Assembly (NCBI GenBank): GCA_012295275.1
Contig: CM022665.1
Span: 26,412,001 to 26,476,000 of the forward strand
Direction: 5' to 3'
Length of the DNA: 64,000 nucleotides
Origin: Chrysomallon squamiferum
Lineage: Eukaryota; Animalia; Mollusca
The position numbers and the translations under genes are program-made. Shown one piece after another: positions 40,709 to 56,496 of this stretch. The notes below the pieces were generated by a model. That model worked only from the letters and a program-made list of their open reading frames with translations. It did no database searches and had not been told where the DNA came from. Positions within the stretch are counted from its first letter, which is position 1. The number at the start of each line of letters is the position of its first letter.

Positions 40709-42180
40709 TGCATACATTCATGTATGTATGTCGGAATGAATGTATGTATTTACAGTGTGTGTGTGTGGCAAACTAGTAATTTGGCCAAACGCCTGACGAT
40801 CTTGGTCATTAGGCTACATACACACACACAGAAACACACGAACACACACCAGCCTCTCTCGCTCGCAGAAGCTCACATAGACACAAACCTGCAAAAAGCA
40901 CGAATCCGCTCGTATTCTGGAGGTGTTAGATCAGTTCTCATTTTTATAGGTTTTTCTTCCCCTGTCTTTCTTAGATGGCTCCAGTAGTCAGCGTTTATCA
41001 CGGTCATCTCTCCCGCAACTATGTCTATGTAAGCAAACCTATCTTTTCTTAATCTGTGTGCACTGTCGTTATATTTTCTGTCGTTGATATGTCGAATGCC
41101 GTTAACCACTTTATCAACCAACTTCAGGTACTCGCGCTCAACCTTTTCGAAATCCTCGCAACCGCAATCGTCATATCTATCACCATACATTTTGCTCTTT
41201 CTCTCGCCATTATTCTTACCATAGCACTCTTCTTTTCTTTCTTCGTAATCCTTATCACAGTCAATGTCATTACACTCGTCAAAGCTCTCTGCAGAAAGTT
41301 TATTATAGACTGTTCCCACTTTGTCATCATAATCTTTGCTACAGACATAGCCATAACGCTCGTTAAGGTGACTGGCAATTTCCACGCCATTGCTCGCGTC
41401 ACAGCTGTCGTCATAGATCTTACAATAGCTCTTATAGGCCTTTTTATTTCTCTTGTCATATGCATTGCTAAAGGCCTTGGCCAGACTTGCGTCATAAGTT
41501 TTGCAGTAGCCCGTAACAGGAGCCTCTCGCTCTCTTTCGGAAGACACCTTACCATTGACTTTTTCACAACATTCGACAGGGCGCTCGGAGTAACCCTTGC
41601 CATAGACCTTTCCCCTGTCGTCATAACAACGCTTGTCATAGACCTCCACCAACGTTGCGTTGTAGGTTTTGTGGTAGTCCTTGCTCTCGCTATAATTCTT
41701 ACTACAGACCTTTTCATAACATTCGATAGGGCCCTCGGCGTGGCCTTTGTCATCGTCGTTGCCACTGTCATCGTAACAAAGCTCGTCATAGTCGTTTTCC
41801 AAGCTTGCATCATAAGTCTTACAAAAGCCTTCCTCATTCGCCTCTCCTTCAGTCTCGTACTGATTCTCACCGTAGACGTTTCCAAAACTCTCGTCACGGC
41901 TTTCGGTGCAGTCCTTGCCACTGTCATATTTCTCGAAAGAGCTTGTTCTATCAATCCTGATGTTCTTGATTTTGTTCTTGTCTTCGTAAATCAACATGTA
42001 CTCGCCTTCGTCCGAGGTTTGTGCAGGTGCACAACCATTACAACCCAACATACATGAGCGAAATTTTCGTTTCGATTTGTTTTGTAAATGTAAATACTGG
42101 GAAACTATTTGATCAGCTAAATATGATTTTTTCCCACCAAGTCGATATCGTTTCACCATAACATCCTTAACAGACATCAT
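39610..42180 (-). CDS. Uncharacterised ~560-aa protein (gene X) with an acidic Asp/Glu/Tyr/Cys/Lys-rich internally repeated region
   Basis: Long exon 42180-40889 (the 435-aa ORF, preceded by acceptor tacag) splices in phase 2 to 40209-39982 (GLVRTPLQFMKALNKIEIMHRAGLFDQ...) and to 39772-39610 (EKEPLISYSQQPSYGDLK...WFNEND*). Total 1683 nt. Probable 5'-UTR exon ending at a donor near 42620. No family recognised. Confidence 0.7.
40404..40816. repeat. Two interleaved inverted repeats (A-B-A'-B') in an intron of gene X
   Basis: A 40404-40487 is the reverse complement of 40592-40676. B 40467-40580 is the reverse complement of ~40703-40816. Each pair has few mismatches. Confidence 0.9.
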
Positions 42181-42681
42181 CTGTATTTAAAATAATAAGT
42201 GGTGGAATGTTTTGTTTTTTAAAGTGCTAAATTAAAATAACGTTAATATTAACAGTCGTCATTTGTTATAATATATATTCACTCTCCTACGCATACTCAG
42301 AGACAACATATAGATAAATATATATCTGCAGGCGCACATGCATACGTAAATACGTACATAGTTCATACATACATACACACATAAATTGGCACACACACAT
42401 ACACACTCTCTCACACACACAATATACGTAGATCACAAGTACATGTATGTATAAAAATACGTACTTGAATATACACAACACCAACTGATACTGAGACACA
42501 TACATTCATATGCACACACATCCGTATAATAAATACATAACACTAAAGTAATAAACATAATTATAATCAATCCTTTTAAAATGTCATTTAATATTGTTTT
42601 TTAACATAAATAAACGTACCTTGAATGCTTCCGAATTATTAACGTTTCTAAACTGAAATAGTGAGAAAGGTCTAAATAAAA

Positions 42682-42689
42682 TGACGTCA
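42682..42689. promoter_or_regulatory. Palindromic CRE (TGACGTCA) just upstream of the putative first exon of gene X
   Basis: aTGACGTCAt about 60 bp upstream of the AAG|GTACGT donor at ~42620, in the divergent X/F intergenic region. Confidence 0.4.
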
Positions 42690-43259
42690 TTGTGGCGTTG
42701 GTTATACTGCTAATGCTCTTAAATAATAATTATGACTATAAATAGTTTGATGAAGATTAAGAAAATATAAAGTTATTAATGTACAGAATTAAAGCGCGCG
42801 CACACAGACATTCACAGACATATATGCATACGCACACACTCATAATTATGAAGATATTCACACACGCATACACACAGACATTTAAACGCAAACATTTTTT
42901 TTTATTGCAGGTACTAACAAGAAGGGAAAAGTTAAATATATTATTTATTTTAAACATAGTCAATTATCTCTTGATTGAGTTCTGCATTCACTATTTATAG
43001 TAGCAACAAAAACAACAATACTATTAACAGCAACCATAATAACAACAACATCAAGTTTAATACTAATAACAACAGCAGTAATAATAAAAACACAACCACC
43101 ACCAACAATAATTATAATACAAAATAAATAAATAATGAAATCGCTTACATAAATAATTAAACTACAGAAAAAAAAAAATTATTTAAATAAATAAAATTAA
43201 TTATGATGTAATTTAATTGATAAATACTAAAATTGTTAAAATAAATAATACAACTTTTG

Positions 43260-43290
<31 letters not shown>

Positions 43291-43324
43291 TAATTTTAAA
43301 TTTTTATTACAATTATTAACAATT

Positions 43325-43460
43325 AAGTTAGTCTACATAGGAACAAATCACTTAAAACTGTAAAAATAGTTAATCATGCAGTACTATTACAGTATTGTAC
43401 ACTTAGCTTCTATCGATTCGGTTATTTTCATATCGCTGATTCATTCACTCATTCATAGGT
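43325..43460. repeat. ~135-bp local direct repeat; second copy at ~44771-44902
   Basis: ggaacaaat.actt.aa.tgt..aaatagttaa...cagtact.ttacagta.tgta...tcgattcggttatt...attcactcattcataggt is present in both places. Confidence 0.8.
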
Positions 43461-43776
43461 TTTAAAAAAAAAATAATATATATATATATTATACAATTAT
43501 TTTAACAAGTGAAGTATAAAAGTTTTACAACAACAACAACAAAACAAGAGTAATAATAAACTAGGTTAATTAAATAAATTGAAAACAAAAAGTTAGACAA
43601 CATTACATAACTATTAAAGTTTTAAAAAATAAATAATTTAAACAAATGCTTTGCATATTATTTATGGTAACTGTATAGGATTCCTTATTATGAAAGCAAC
43701 GCCTAGGTTCCTGCACTTAACCTAGATTTCCCGTTTTCACATCGCTGTCGTGTTTCCATCAACTAGACTTGTTATT

Positions 43777-46414
<2,638 letters not shown>

Positions 46415-46643
46415 TACGGTTTATATATACGCATACAAACACCTTACGATTTTGCGCCCTAAGCAAGGTCAAATATTTGCATCACCTCCCTCAAAAAATT
46501 GCCACTTTGATTTTAAAAAAAAATATATATAAAAAGCACAAAACTTGAAACAGCTAAATTTATTTTAAATTGCAAGAATAAGTCATATAAGATGCCAACG
46601 GAACCAGTATTAAAGTATTAATTAATATATATAGATATATACA

Positions 46644-46691
<48 letters not shown>

Positions 46692-47751
46692 CATGAAACG
46701 TTCTGTTCTGTGTTTGTTATTGAGGAAGCCCAACTATTATTTATATCTTTTAGGTAATAAAGCAATGTAAGTCTGTTTTTGTTGGTTACGGTATTGACAG
46801 AGAGAGCGAGATAGAGAGATGTAATAGAAAAACAACGACAATGAAGCTAAAAATAGAAGACGTTTTATAAAAATGTGTTATTAATAGTATTTTTCTGTAT
46901 CAGTTTAAATCTATACAATTCAACTTTAATTCTGTTAACACTCCTACCCGGCATTATACCAAATATATAAAGAAAATCTTTTCGAACAGTCAGACGCGGA
47001 TAATAAATTGCGTGTTTTGTTTGCATAGGCTGGACTACATAAAAAAACATGCATTCGTATACTATTATATTTAAGAGAAAAGTGGAAAAACATATTTGTT
47101 AAAAACATACACATTACCTGTATTTACCAAGGATGTACCAATTAGTTTTCTATTTGAGCTATTTTCTTCTTTTCATATTTGTACATCTAATAATAAAAAG
47201 TGATAATATTTTTTTTTTTTTTTTTTTTCTTTACAAGCCATGGAGATGTAATGAACTGCCATTTTCTCTACTTTTGGTTACAGTTTTCCTATACTTGGCC
47301 ACTCTTACATACATCTGTTACTCACAAAGTTAAAAAATATATTTAACTATTTATGAACGTTATCTGTGAAACGTGTACTACATATATTTCATATGATATA
47401 ACACCATAATGACGGGTGCATTTTGAAATATATTATCAAAGTAGAATTACACTGTTGTTTCAAATTCTAATTTTAAAAATAAATCCATTGTGCTAAAGTT
47501 TTCAAAAAATATCTTTCGCCTGAATTAAAATAAACTTCTGTAATATATAAATGCTGTCATAAATTTTAACACGACGGAAAGTTATCTAACTCTTCAGTTT
47601 TGTTGATTCACATTACTGAACAAATATGGTGAACCATTTTTCTGTAACTGGAGAACCGTGGATCTGGAAGTGCGTATAAATGATAATTCTAACCCATAAC
47701 GCTTCGAATTTGTATTTTATTCATCCATGTTACCGTCACTCGGGCCTAGCA

Positions 47752-47854
<103 letters not shown>

Positions 47855-48370
47855 TTTCGTAAATCAATGACTTAACTTGAACTGTGAATATGGACACGTA
47901 CCCAGCATTCAGCCGCAATTTTCATTACGGCACAATATGTATATAATTCATCATTATCAACAACTACTGCATAAAAATTAAGAAATAAATATACAAATAC
48001 AAATGTTTAATTAATATCTAAGTGTATATATTATGTATTAATAAATTATCTTTCATCCATTTCTTGTCTTCATATCTGTTTATAATTATGAAAGAAAACA
48101 AGCAAAGGCTGTATTTTTTTTCTCTCAAAAGACGACATTATAGCCCTTTACATCAACAACAAACAGGCTTTAAGCTATGTACACTTTAAGAGCACTCGTC
48201 TATTTTAATGTTGACACAGTTTCTCCGAGCACAAGGACTGGGACACGTTTGAAATATTCGATTAACAAACGCGATAACTTCTCCCTACGTTGTCCCTTTC
48301 AGTCAGACGTCAAATAACGTCTGCACAGGTAGCAGAGCGCGCGCATTGGGCAGCTGTGAGGCTGGCAGAA

Positions 48371-49096
48371 ATGTCGAAGATTTTACAGTATGTTAAACAG
48401 TTTTACCTGCAGAGAGTAGTTTTGTATGGATTAATAACTTTGTCAGGTTTCTTCGTTATTGGACCTCTGGGAGAGGTACTGGTAAGTATTTTTAAGATTT
48501 TATTTTTTGTGTCATAGCGACTTAAAAAGATGTCGTTAATCTTGAAGATGATGTTGGTTGTCATGACAACTGAATTGGGGTCGTTGTTGACAAAGGGTGG
48601 ATCTTTTTTCCCTACTCTGGATACGTTAAATAAACTGTTTGTTTCTGTGGCAAAACTGGCAACTGGGAACCAAATTTTGAGAACAAGAAAGAAAGAAAGA
48701 AAAGAAGAGAAACGACAGAAAATTCCCAATTTGACATCTTATCATTTATTTTATTTTAAACTTGAAAGATTCAAACATCTAGCAGTTTAAAGATACACTA
48801 TAATTTTAATTATTTTATTTTATAATTAATTTATTTATTCTGAAGGATATTTATTTTGTTTTATTTTATTGTTTTTATTTTTTTCAATATTTATATTTAT
48901 TTTTTATTTTTTTTTTTTTTTTCAATATTTATATTTATTATTTTTTTTTTTTTAAATTTTATTACTATTATTTTTTTAACATAAAATATAAACTACAAAT
49001 GCAGTTTTTAAAGAGATCAGTACTCATTAATTTCTAAACCAATTTTCGAATATAAAGCAAAATCCATACCTCATTACTGGTTTTTGTGTATAGGCG

Positions 49097-49183
<87 letters not shown>

Positions 49184-49919
49184 TTACGATGTAGTTACTG
49201 TATTATGTGTAGCTGATATAATTCAGTTTGCTTTTTAGTTAATAAGCAAATAAAATAAAATAACATAAAATAAAGTAAATTAAATAAATAAATGTTTCTC
49301 GTCAAGAAAACAATTTATTTTTCGGCAAACGATAATGATAATATTATACTTATTAATGTGGTTTCAACCTGTATTTGTGTTTATATTAACGCATATGTTC
49401 TTTTCAACATTCACTCTTACAGTATCTGTTGAATTGTAATAGAGTTTTCAGTGCTTACAAATAAATGTAGATTCTGTACATCACTTTTGTATCGTGTGAT
49501 GTAATTCTGCTTTGAGCTCTTTGTAAATTGCTGTTGCTGATAATGTGATAGCACATGTGTAATATGTATTCCATAACATCCACTCTGACATTGACATTTA
49601 GTCTTACAAGCTAGTAGCCTTACATTAAGTGTGTCGCGATCACAAAAGCCTTTTTAAAGGTACGAAGGTTTAATTTTGTGTTTTAAACCTTCCACTTGAC
49701 TGATTAATATCACTCGCAGCTCACACTGATATTGAATGGTGTTTTAAATATATGAGAGGCTATTCACACAAGATACAGTAACACTGAGTGCAAATAATAT
49801 TCGCAGCCATATATGTTTATTACTGCTTAATGTAAGACGATATGTTCTCCGTAGCAAAAATAAGAATATTTCAGCATGAACATTTTGCATAATTTTTTTT
49901 TAATTTATTTCACTACAGG

Positions 49920-49957
<38 letters not shown>

Positions 49958-50411
49958 TTATTGTTGTTGACACGTGTGACTTCTCGGGCGTATTATCAAA
50001 TCCTAAATTTGTTTCACCAACTATAAATTATCATTAAGGTGAATAAATTAAATCGAAAGATTTTAAACTGTTTTTATACATGTATATATATTTTGAAGAT
50101 ACGTTTGCAAAATTAAATATTTATTTTTACCGTGAACAGAATTTTCTCACGTGTGCCCACAGGTGCATGACAAACTCACTAGGTGTGTCCAGTGCATAAA
50201 TGAAAGTAATATCAGCGGGTGACGTTATGTTTTAAATGACTTGTGTATACTACGTGATAAAATTTTGTTTAAGATCAGACTGTTATTGTCATTTTGATTG
50301 TGCCCATGTCTTTGTGTGTGTGTGTGTGTGTGTGTGTATGGGTGTGTGTGTTTGGGTGTGTGTATGGGTGTGTGTGTTTGGGTGTGTGTTTGTGTGTGTG
50401 TGTATGGGTGT

Positions 50412-50456
<45 letters not shown>

Positions 50457-51120
50457 TCTACATATGATTGATTGTATATTAAAAATATACCCCATAATTT
50501 TGCAAAATAAAAAGATAATTTATAATTTTAACTCATTTTATTTTTTCAGTCTAAAAAAAATGATTGGTTGTACACATATTTACAGTGGCTGGGATTCATT
50601 TAGTTCGTGAGGTTTATTTACATAATAAATTCGTCTCACTTAAAAAGTTGTCGCCTCCAGCTAATAAGCGTGCATATTAAAACATTTTTTTTTTTTACAG
50701 ATTTTCTAAGCACATCCAAGTTATTAAGTATATAGATATTTATTTTCTGAAAGATCTTGAGATAAAAAGAAATAATGCATTTACTGATTGATAGTTTATC
50801 AAAGTTTTTTCTGCAAAAGATGGCGGAATTCTAGATATTTAGAACAGACGAACTTAGTAAAAGCTGCAAGCCTGGCCAAGACAGATTAAGGCATTGCAAA
50901 AAATCAAAGGTTAAAACCTATTCGAAATTTTATTAATGTACAAAAACCGTTTCCTTGCAATTGCCATAATAATGTCCATCTGTGTTTTTTCACCACGTTT
51001 TCATTAATTGCTAATATTGACAAAGTTTGTATAATTTAAATATAAAGAGTAATCTACTTTACATGTATGTTTGGACTTCGCGAAACCATTTCCGTGTGTT
51101 GTTCGTGTTCGTGTTCATGA

Positions 51121-51151
<31 letters not shown>

Positions 51152-51690
51152 TTAATCAAATCAAACTTCACCCTTTTTATTTGGCTATTTATTTCCTAAA
51201 ATAGACTACTAGACATATGTTATTTACATTGTCAATCTATTTACTAGTTCATTAGTTTACTTTACTCAGTAACTTTATCTGAATTTGACAGACAGATACA
51301 TACGAAAACAACAATGTTAAATTTGCTGCCAGCAAACATGACGGGAGCATATACATGCTGTATATCTCTTCAAAACACCAATGGCTTGCTGTGCAGAGGG
51401 CTTATTGTCACACTGTTTATTAAATTTGTTTTGTTGTCAGTATGCAAAACTCACTATCCTTTTGATTAATCTTTTGATAGCTGAAAACCATACATCTTAA
51501 TGTTTGTCATATCAACATAAAGGGTTTGCTTAAGGAGTTTCAATCTTTTTTACTCTCTGCTTTCATTCATTCTTTCTTTCTTTTTTCATTCATTCATTCT
51601 TCTGTTTTCTTCCTTTCATTCTCCATTACAAATTTCTTTTCATTTTTCTTCCCTTATCTTTATCTTTTCTCTTTCTTTCTTCTCTTATTT

Positions 51691-51731
<41 letters not shown>

Positions 51732-52184
51732 AGAGCGATAGAATAAACATCATGAATGGCAGCAGCAGCAATCAGCTCTTAAAAGAAACTGAAATGTTTG
51801 TCGATGGTGGGTAAAAGTGACTAAGATGCAATCACCACCCCACTGATATATACAGCTTATGAATGAAAGCGTATCTACCTTTAAATCATTAAGAAACTCA
51901 TCGACAAACGTACTCGACTGGAAACGACATCGGTGACCAAGATCAAATTACAGAAATAAATGTGAAGTTTCAAAAGGACAAAAGAATGAATAAGTTGGCC
52001 CATTTCAAAGTTTACATAAAAGTCATTATAAACTGGTTTCTTCTCAGTCAGATATTTATTAAACAGAGGTGTTAGGTATCAACCAGATAATTTAAAATAG
52101 GTCACATTTAAGGAATGTATTAAATTTATGTTTAATTTTGCAGGTTTTACACAGTCAGAGGAAATTCTTCTTCTTCTTCTTCTT

Positions 52185-52215
<31 letters not shown>

Positions 52216-52935
52216 TTATTATTATTATTATTATATGAATTTAATTTAATTTAATTTACATTAAGGATATTTATGTATGCCAGTTCTAGCATTTAAAATT
52301 TGACAAAATAAAAAAAATAGAAAATGTTAAAAATATGTTTTCATTTTAATTGATTTAGAAACGATTCCGAGTTTCTCAGAAACATTGACATCTCTTTAAT
52401 AACGACGTCATAACAAGATGATTCATCTGCAGGGACTAAAAACATGTTGCTGTGTTATAGGAATGTAAGCTGTTATATTTATGGGATGCTTGGATCTACC
52501 TTTCGGATTGTTGCTCTACGAGTTACAGTTTCATAGGATGTACATTAGGGACAGGTTGCTAGGTACAGTTTTATATCTTTCCAACAACTTTCATCAACGG
52601 AAAGACGAAACACAAACAACCACGCTGTTGCCAATAGGCTTACCAAAGGAATTTGAGTATCAGCTGAAGTCCTTGCTTTAAAATCCCAACAAAGTGATGA
52701 TTCAAAAGATAATGTTCGTTTCCATGGCAGCGGTCTAAATATGTTTTTTATATCCATTTTTATTATCGATTTTGAAAACTACTGAAACAGTTTGTGTTTA
52801 ACACGTTTTTCGTAAAAATAGTTTCGTGACCTGTGCTCACTTTTATTGTTACACAGATGCTCTCTCTCTATGTTTACACAAACATGCACATATGTGAACA
52901 TATTATATATGTAGATCTTGTGTCTGTATAAATCA

Positions 52936-52968
<33 letters not shown>

Positions 52969-55142
52969 AATACATGGATTAATGTTACATTCATGCTGAA
53001 CTTTGTATTCCTTATTTCTGCAGGATTGGAAGCAATTTATTTTTATTTCAACAAGGAAAAGAAAGAAAGAAACTAATATCGATTATGAAAAGTAAAAATA
53101 TTAAAAATAAATGAATAAAAAATAAAGAAATTTAAAATAATACATACATACTGAATATAAGTATTAGCATGAGAAGCTAAATCTCGAAATCAGATTAACG
53201 ACAACAGTATTTTAATTTACTGAACTCAAAAGTAATTGTCCCGTATCAATAATCATTTTTAAAATAATTAAATAAAACCAGACGAAAGAGCTGTCTGTTT
53301 TTATTATCGAAGTCGAGCTGTTTCTTTGAGAAATCTGCTTTTACTCGTTACAAGATAACAATGAGGCTTTGATAGCATTTGCAGCAACGACAAAAGAAAC
53401 ACGAACAGTTTACGATCCAAATAGAAAAACAGATAATGAATTTTGGCAGCGTCGATTGTATTTATTCTACCAATGTATTGTACGCATACCTGTAAGTTTT
53501 AAAGTTTTAAATAACGCAAAGTATGCCTTACAGCACAGGGTCGTGCGGTGTGTAATTTAATATTGAATACGTGAAGGTACCAAATACATATAAAATGTAT
53601 ATATATATATATTTCTTTTATTGTCCTTAGTTGTGGACTTTCTTTAGATCGCTTAGAGGATGTTCACATATGTTGAATTTCTTTCACTCTTCATTTAGAG
53701 TTAAATGAAAATTGTTCTGGTCAAATCTATTTGCAGTTAGTGTTTCGTGGTTGTCAGTACTTGGAATAAATTCAGATAGAGGAAAACAAAGCATTTTTGC
53801 TTGTTTAATCTGCCCATGTTATGTGGAGTAATCGTTGTTAAAAATGTTTTGTGCGTGTATATGTGTGTAGCAGCGAGTTTTTATATCTTTATAAGACTAT
53901 GTATGTATATATATATAAACATATATTTACTGGGTTAGACGTTAATACAGTATCTGTCTGTCTGGCTTTCTGCCTCAAGCATTCACACAAACTACTAGCG
54001 AAGCCAGATCACAATCTTAATATCAACACAATGACAAAGAAGCACTGATAGTTATCTCTACTTGTTAATACAGCCATTTCAGACGTCCAGAGTCATAACC
54101 GAGTATAGCACTCAGTGGGTTACTTTATTGGAGGAAATTAAGCTAATCCTTATTAAGAAGCCTCTGTGGTTTTGACGCGTTTTGCTTGCATTACTAGAGC
54201 ACCCTTCGCTACACAGTTCGTAAATGCTTCATTAACATAACAAGCGCAGGTACTTCACATGTATGTGGCATAAACATACTGCTAGGTTTGTATAGTGATT
54301 TAGAAGTAAAGAAATACTAACATGATTTTTTCCCACTTATAAACGTATGGTTTCCTCTTAAATGAAGTAATATCTGTCTAAAATACACACGAAAAAGTCT
54401 AAATCTTTTATACAATTCTGAACATTTGTCAGTTTGGAAGATTTAGTTTTATACGTGTTTAAATCACAGAGAAATGTAGCACAGGTTGAATTAAAGATCA
54501 CAGGTATTTCTTAATAGTAATCGCTGCTTTACACTTATTTCTGTTATATTTATTATCATTATCATCATTACTACTACTACTGCAACTTTTAAAAGTACTG
54601 TTGTTGCTGTTCCTGTTGTTTTTGTTGGTGTTTTGTTACATATGTATTTGTGTCTTTTTGTGAAGATACTTAGACTAATTTTATAAGCCTTATTTATTTC
54701 TGTAATGATTCACAACTAATGATAAAATCACATCTCCTGTTCAAAGTCAGAAACATTTTCACATTTATAAGTGTGTCTGTTTGTATGTTTATTTTATGAC
54801 TGCTTCCTAGAATTACGGTTAAAGATATAACACATTCAAATAGACTGTATAAATAATATGTTTCATCTTACTGTAATCGAAATAATAACATGTATCTTTA
54901 AATAAACAGTTTTTCTTCTTCTTTTATTAAAAGAAATAAACAGAGGATAAACTTCATAGTCCTTGTTTATCGGCGATCTGTCACTAAACGTACAAGGAAA
55001 ATTTAAATCGATAATCACCTTGACAGAATGTTAAATGACGTCTTTCCAGTATGTTATCTAATATTTATTTAGCCTTGTTAAACATCGCTAGGTCAAAAAG
55101 CTGTTAAATATACTTTTTGTAACAAACTCTGGAGGTTATGCG

Positions 55143-55230
<88 letters not shown>

Positions 55231-56465
55231 AACTGTATTGGCAACGGTGGCAATATTAACTTTAGGATGGTTGTACACTGTATTAGTATTAGGATTAGTA
55301 TTAGTAGTAGTAGTAGTAGTAATTGTGTAATTAAAGAACATTAAGAAGAGACGATGATGATCATGTTGATGATAATACTAATAATAATATACAGTTTTAA
55401 AAAGAGATCTGGCTATTGAATGAAAAACGAAACAAACCAAACAAACAAACACAAAATAATAATAAGAAGAAAAAATAAAATTTAAAAAGTTAAATACATT
55501 TAGAAGATTTTAACAACTGAATCCAAAAAGGATAAATGCTGCAATAATTTCTGTTTGGTTGCTTCTAGCATGAATAATTTGATTATGATGACGATTATAA
55601 TATTTATTTTCAATTCTGAAAGTATTTGTGACAAAATTAAGCAATATAAAACTGTTTTGGAGGAATCCGCTGGTTCTGTTTTAGAAGACCCTGAACTGAT
55701 TTGAAGACTATGAGAGTTACAACGGACATTAACAACGATGTCAATATTTAATTCAAACATTTCTGTTTTCACAAAGTAGGTGTTAGCTCATGAAAAAGAC
55801 GAAGAAGCTTTTTATAAAAAAGAAAAATAATAAATAAATAATAATAATAAAAAAATAGAACCTGAAACAAAACCAAAAAAGACTTTGGCAGAATGTAAAC
55901 GTCAAGTTTACATTTGGCAAAGGCCCGTATTAGAAGGAGTAAATTGCCATTTTTATACGTATAAATCTGTAGATGTTATTACTATTTAACGTACGTATTT
56001 ATTATTTTCTTCTTCTTCTTTATTTTTTTTTTTTTTTTTTTTTTTCACTTTTAAAAGTGTAATTTATTTTAGTTTATTTAATTTTATGGATTGTAATAAT
56101 TATCGTCATCATCAACATTACTACTACTCTTTTTATCATTTATTATTATTATTGCTGTTTTTGTTGTTGCTGTTGCTGTTGTTGTTGTTGCTGTTGCTAT
56201 TGCTGTTGCTGTTGTTATTGTTGTTGTGGTTGTGGTTGATGTTGAGGCTGTTGCTATTTATTTATTTTTTATTTTTTTAATCATATTTAAATTTAAATTT
56301 ATTTTGCTTTCGTTTATCGGTTGAATTAAACTTATTTTTTGAAACAGTAATTACTGTATGCCAGTATATAACTATATATCTGGAATAATTTGTCTAGAGT
56401 ATTTTTACATTTCTTTACAGACACACACACAACACGCACATACATACATACGTGTTGTATATGTA

Positions 56466-56496
<31 letters not shown>

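Noticed and set aside
41056-42057. 333-aa antisense ORF and 276-aa alternate-frame ORF overlapping gene X
   Set aside because: Expected by-product of the repetitive Asp/Tyr/Lys/Glu codon usage of the 435-aa frame, which is the frame that splices to the downstream exons.
50236-50610. 124-aa Cys/Val-rich ORF and similar SLSL/ERER/poly-L/poly-Y ORFs throughout the window
   Set aside because: Translations of microsatellites.
52481-52757. Two opposed ORFs inside intron 1 of G, a possible nested gene
   Set aside because: Short, with no recognisable domain and no consistent splice partners.
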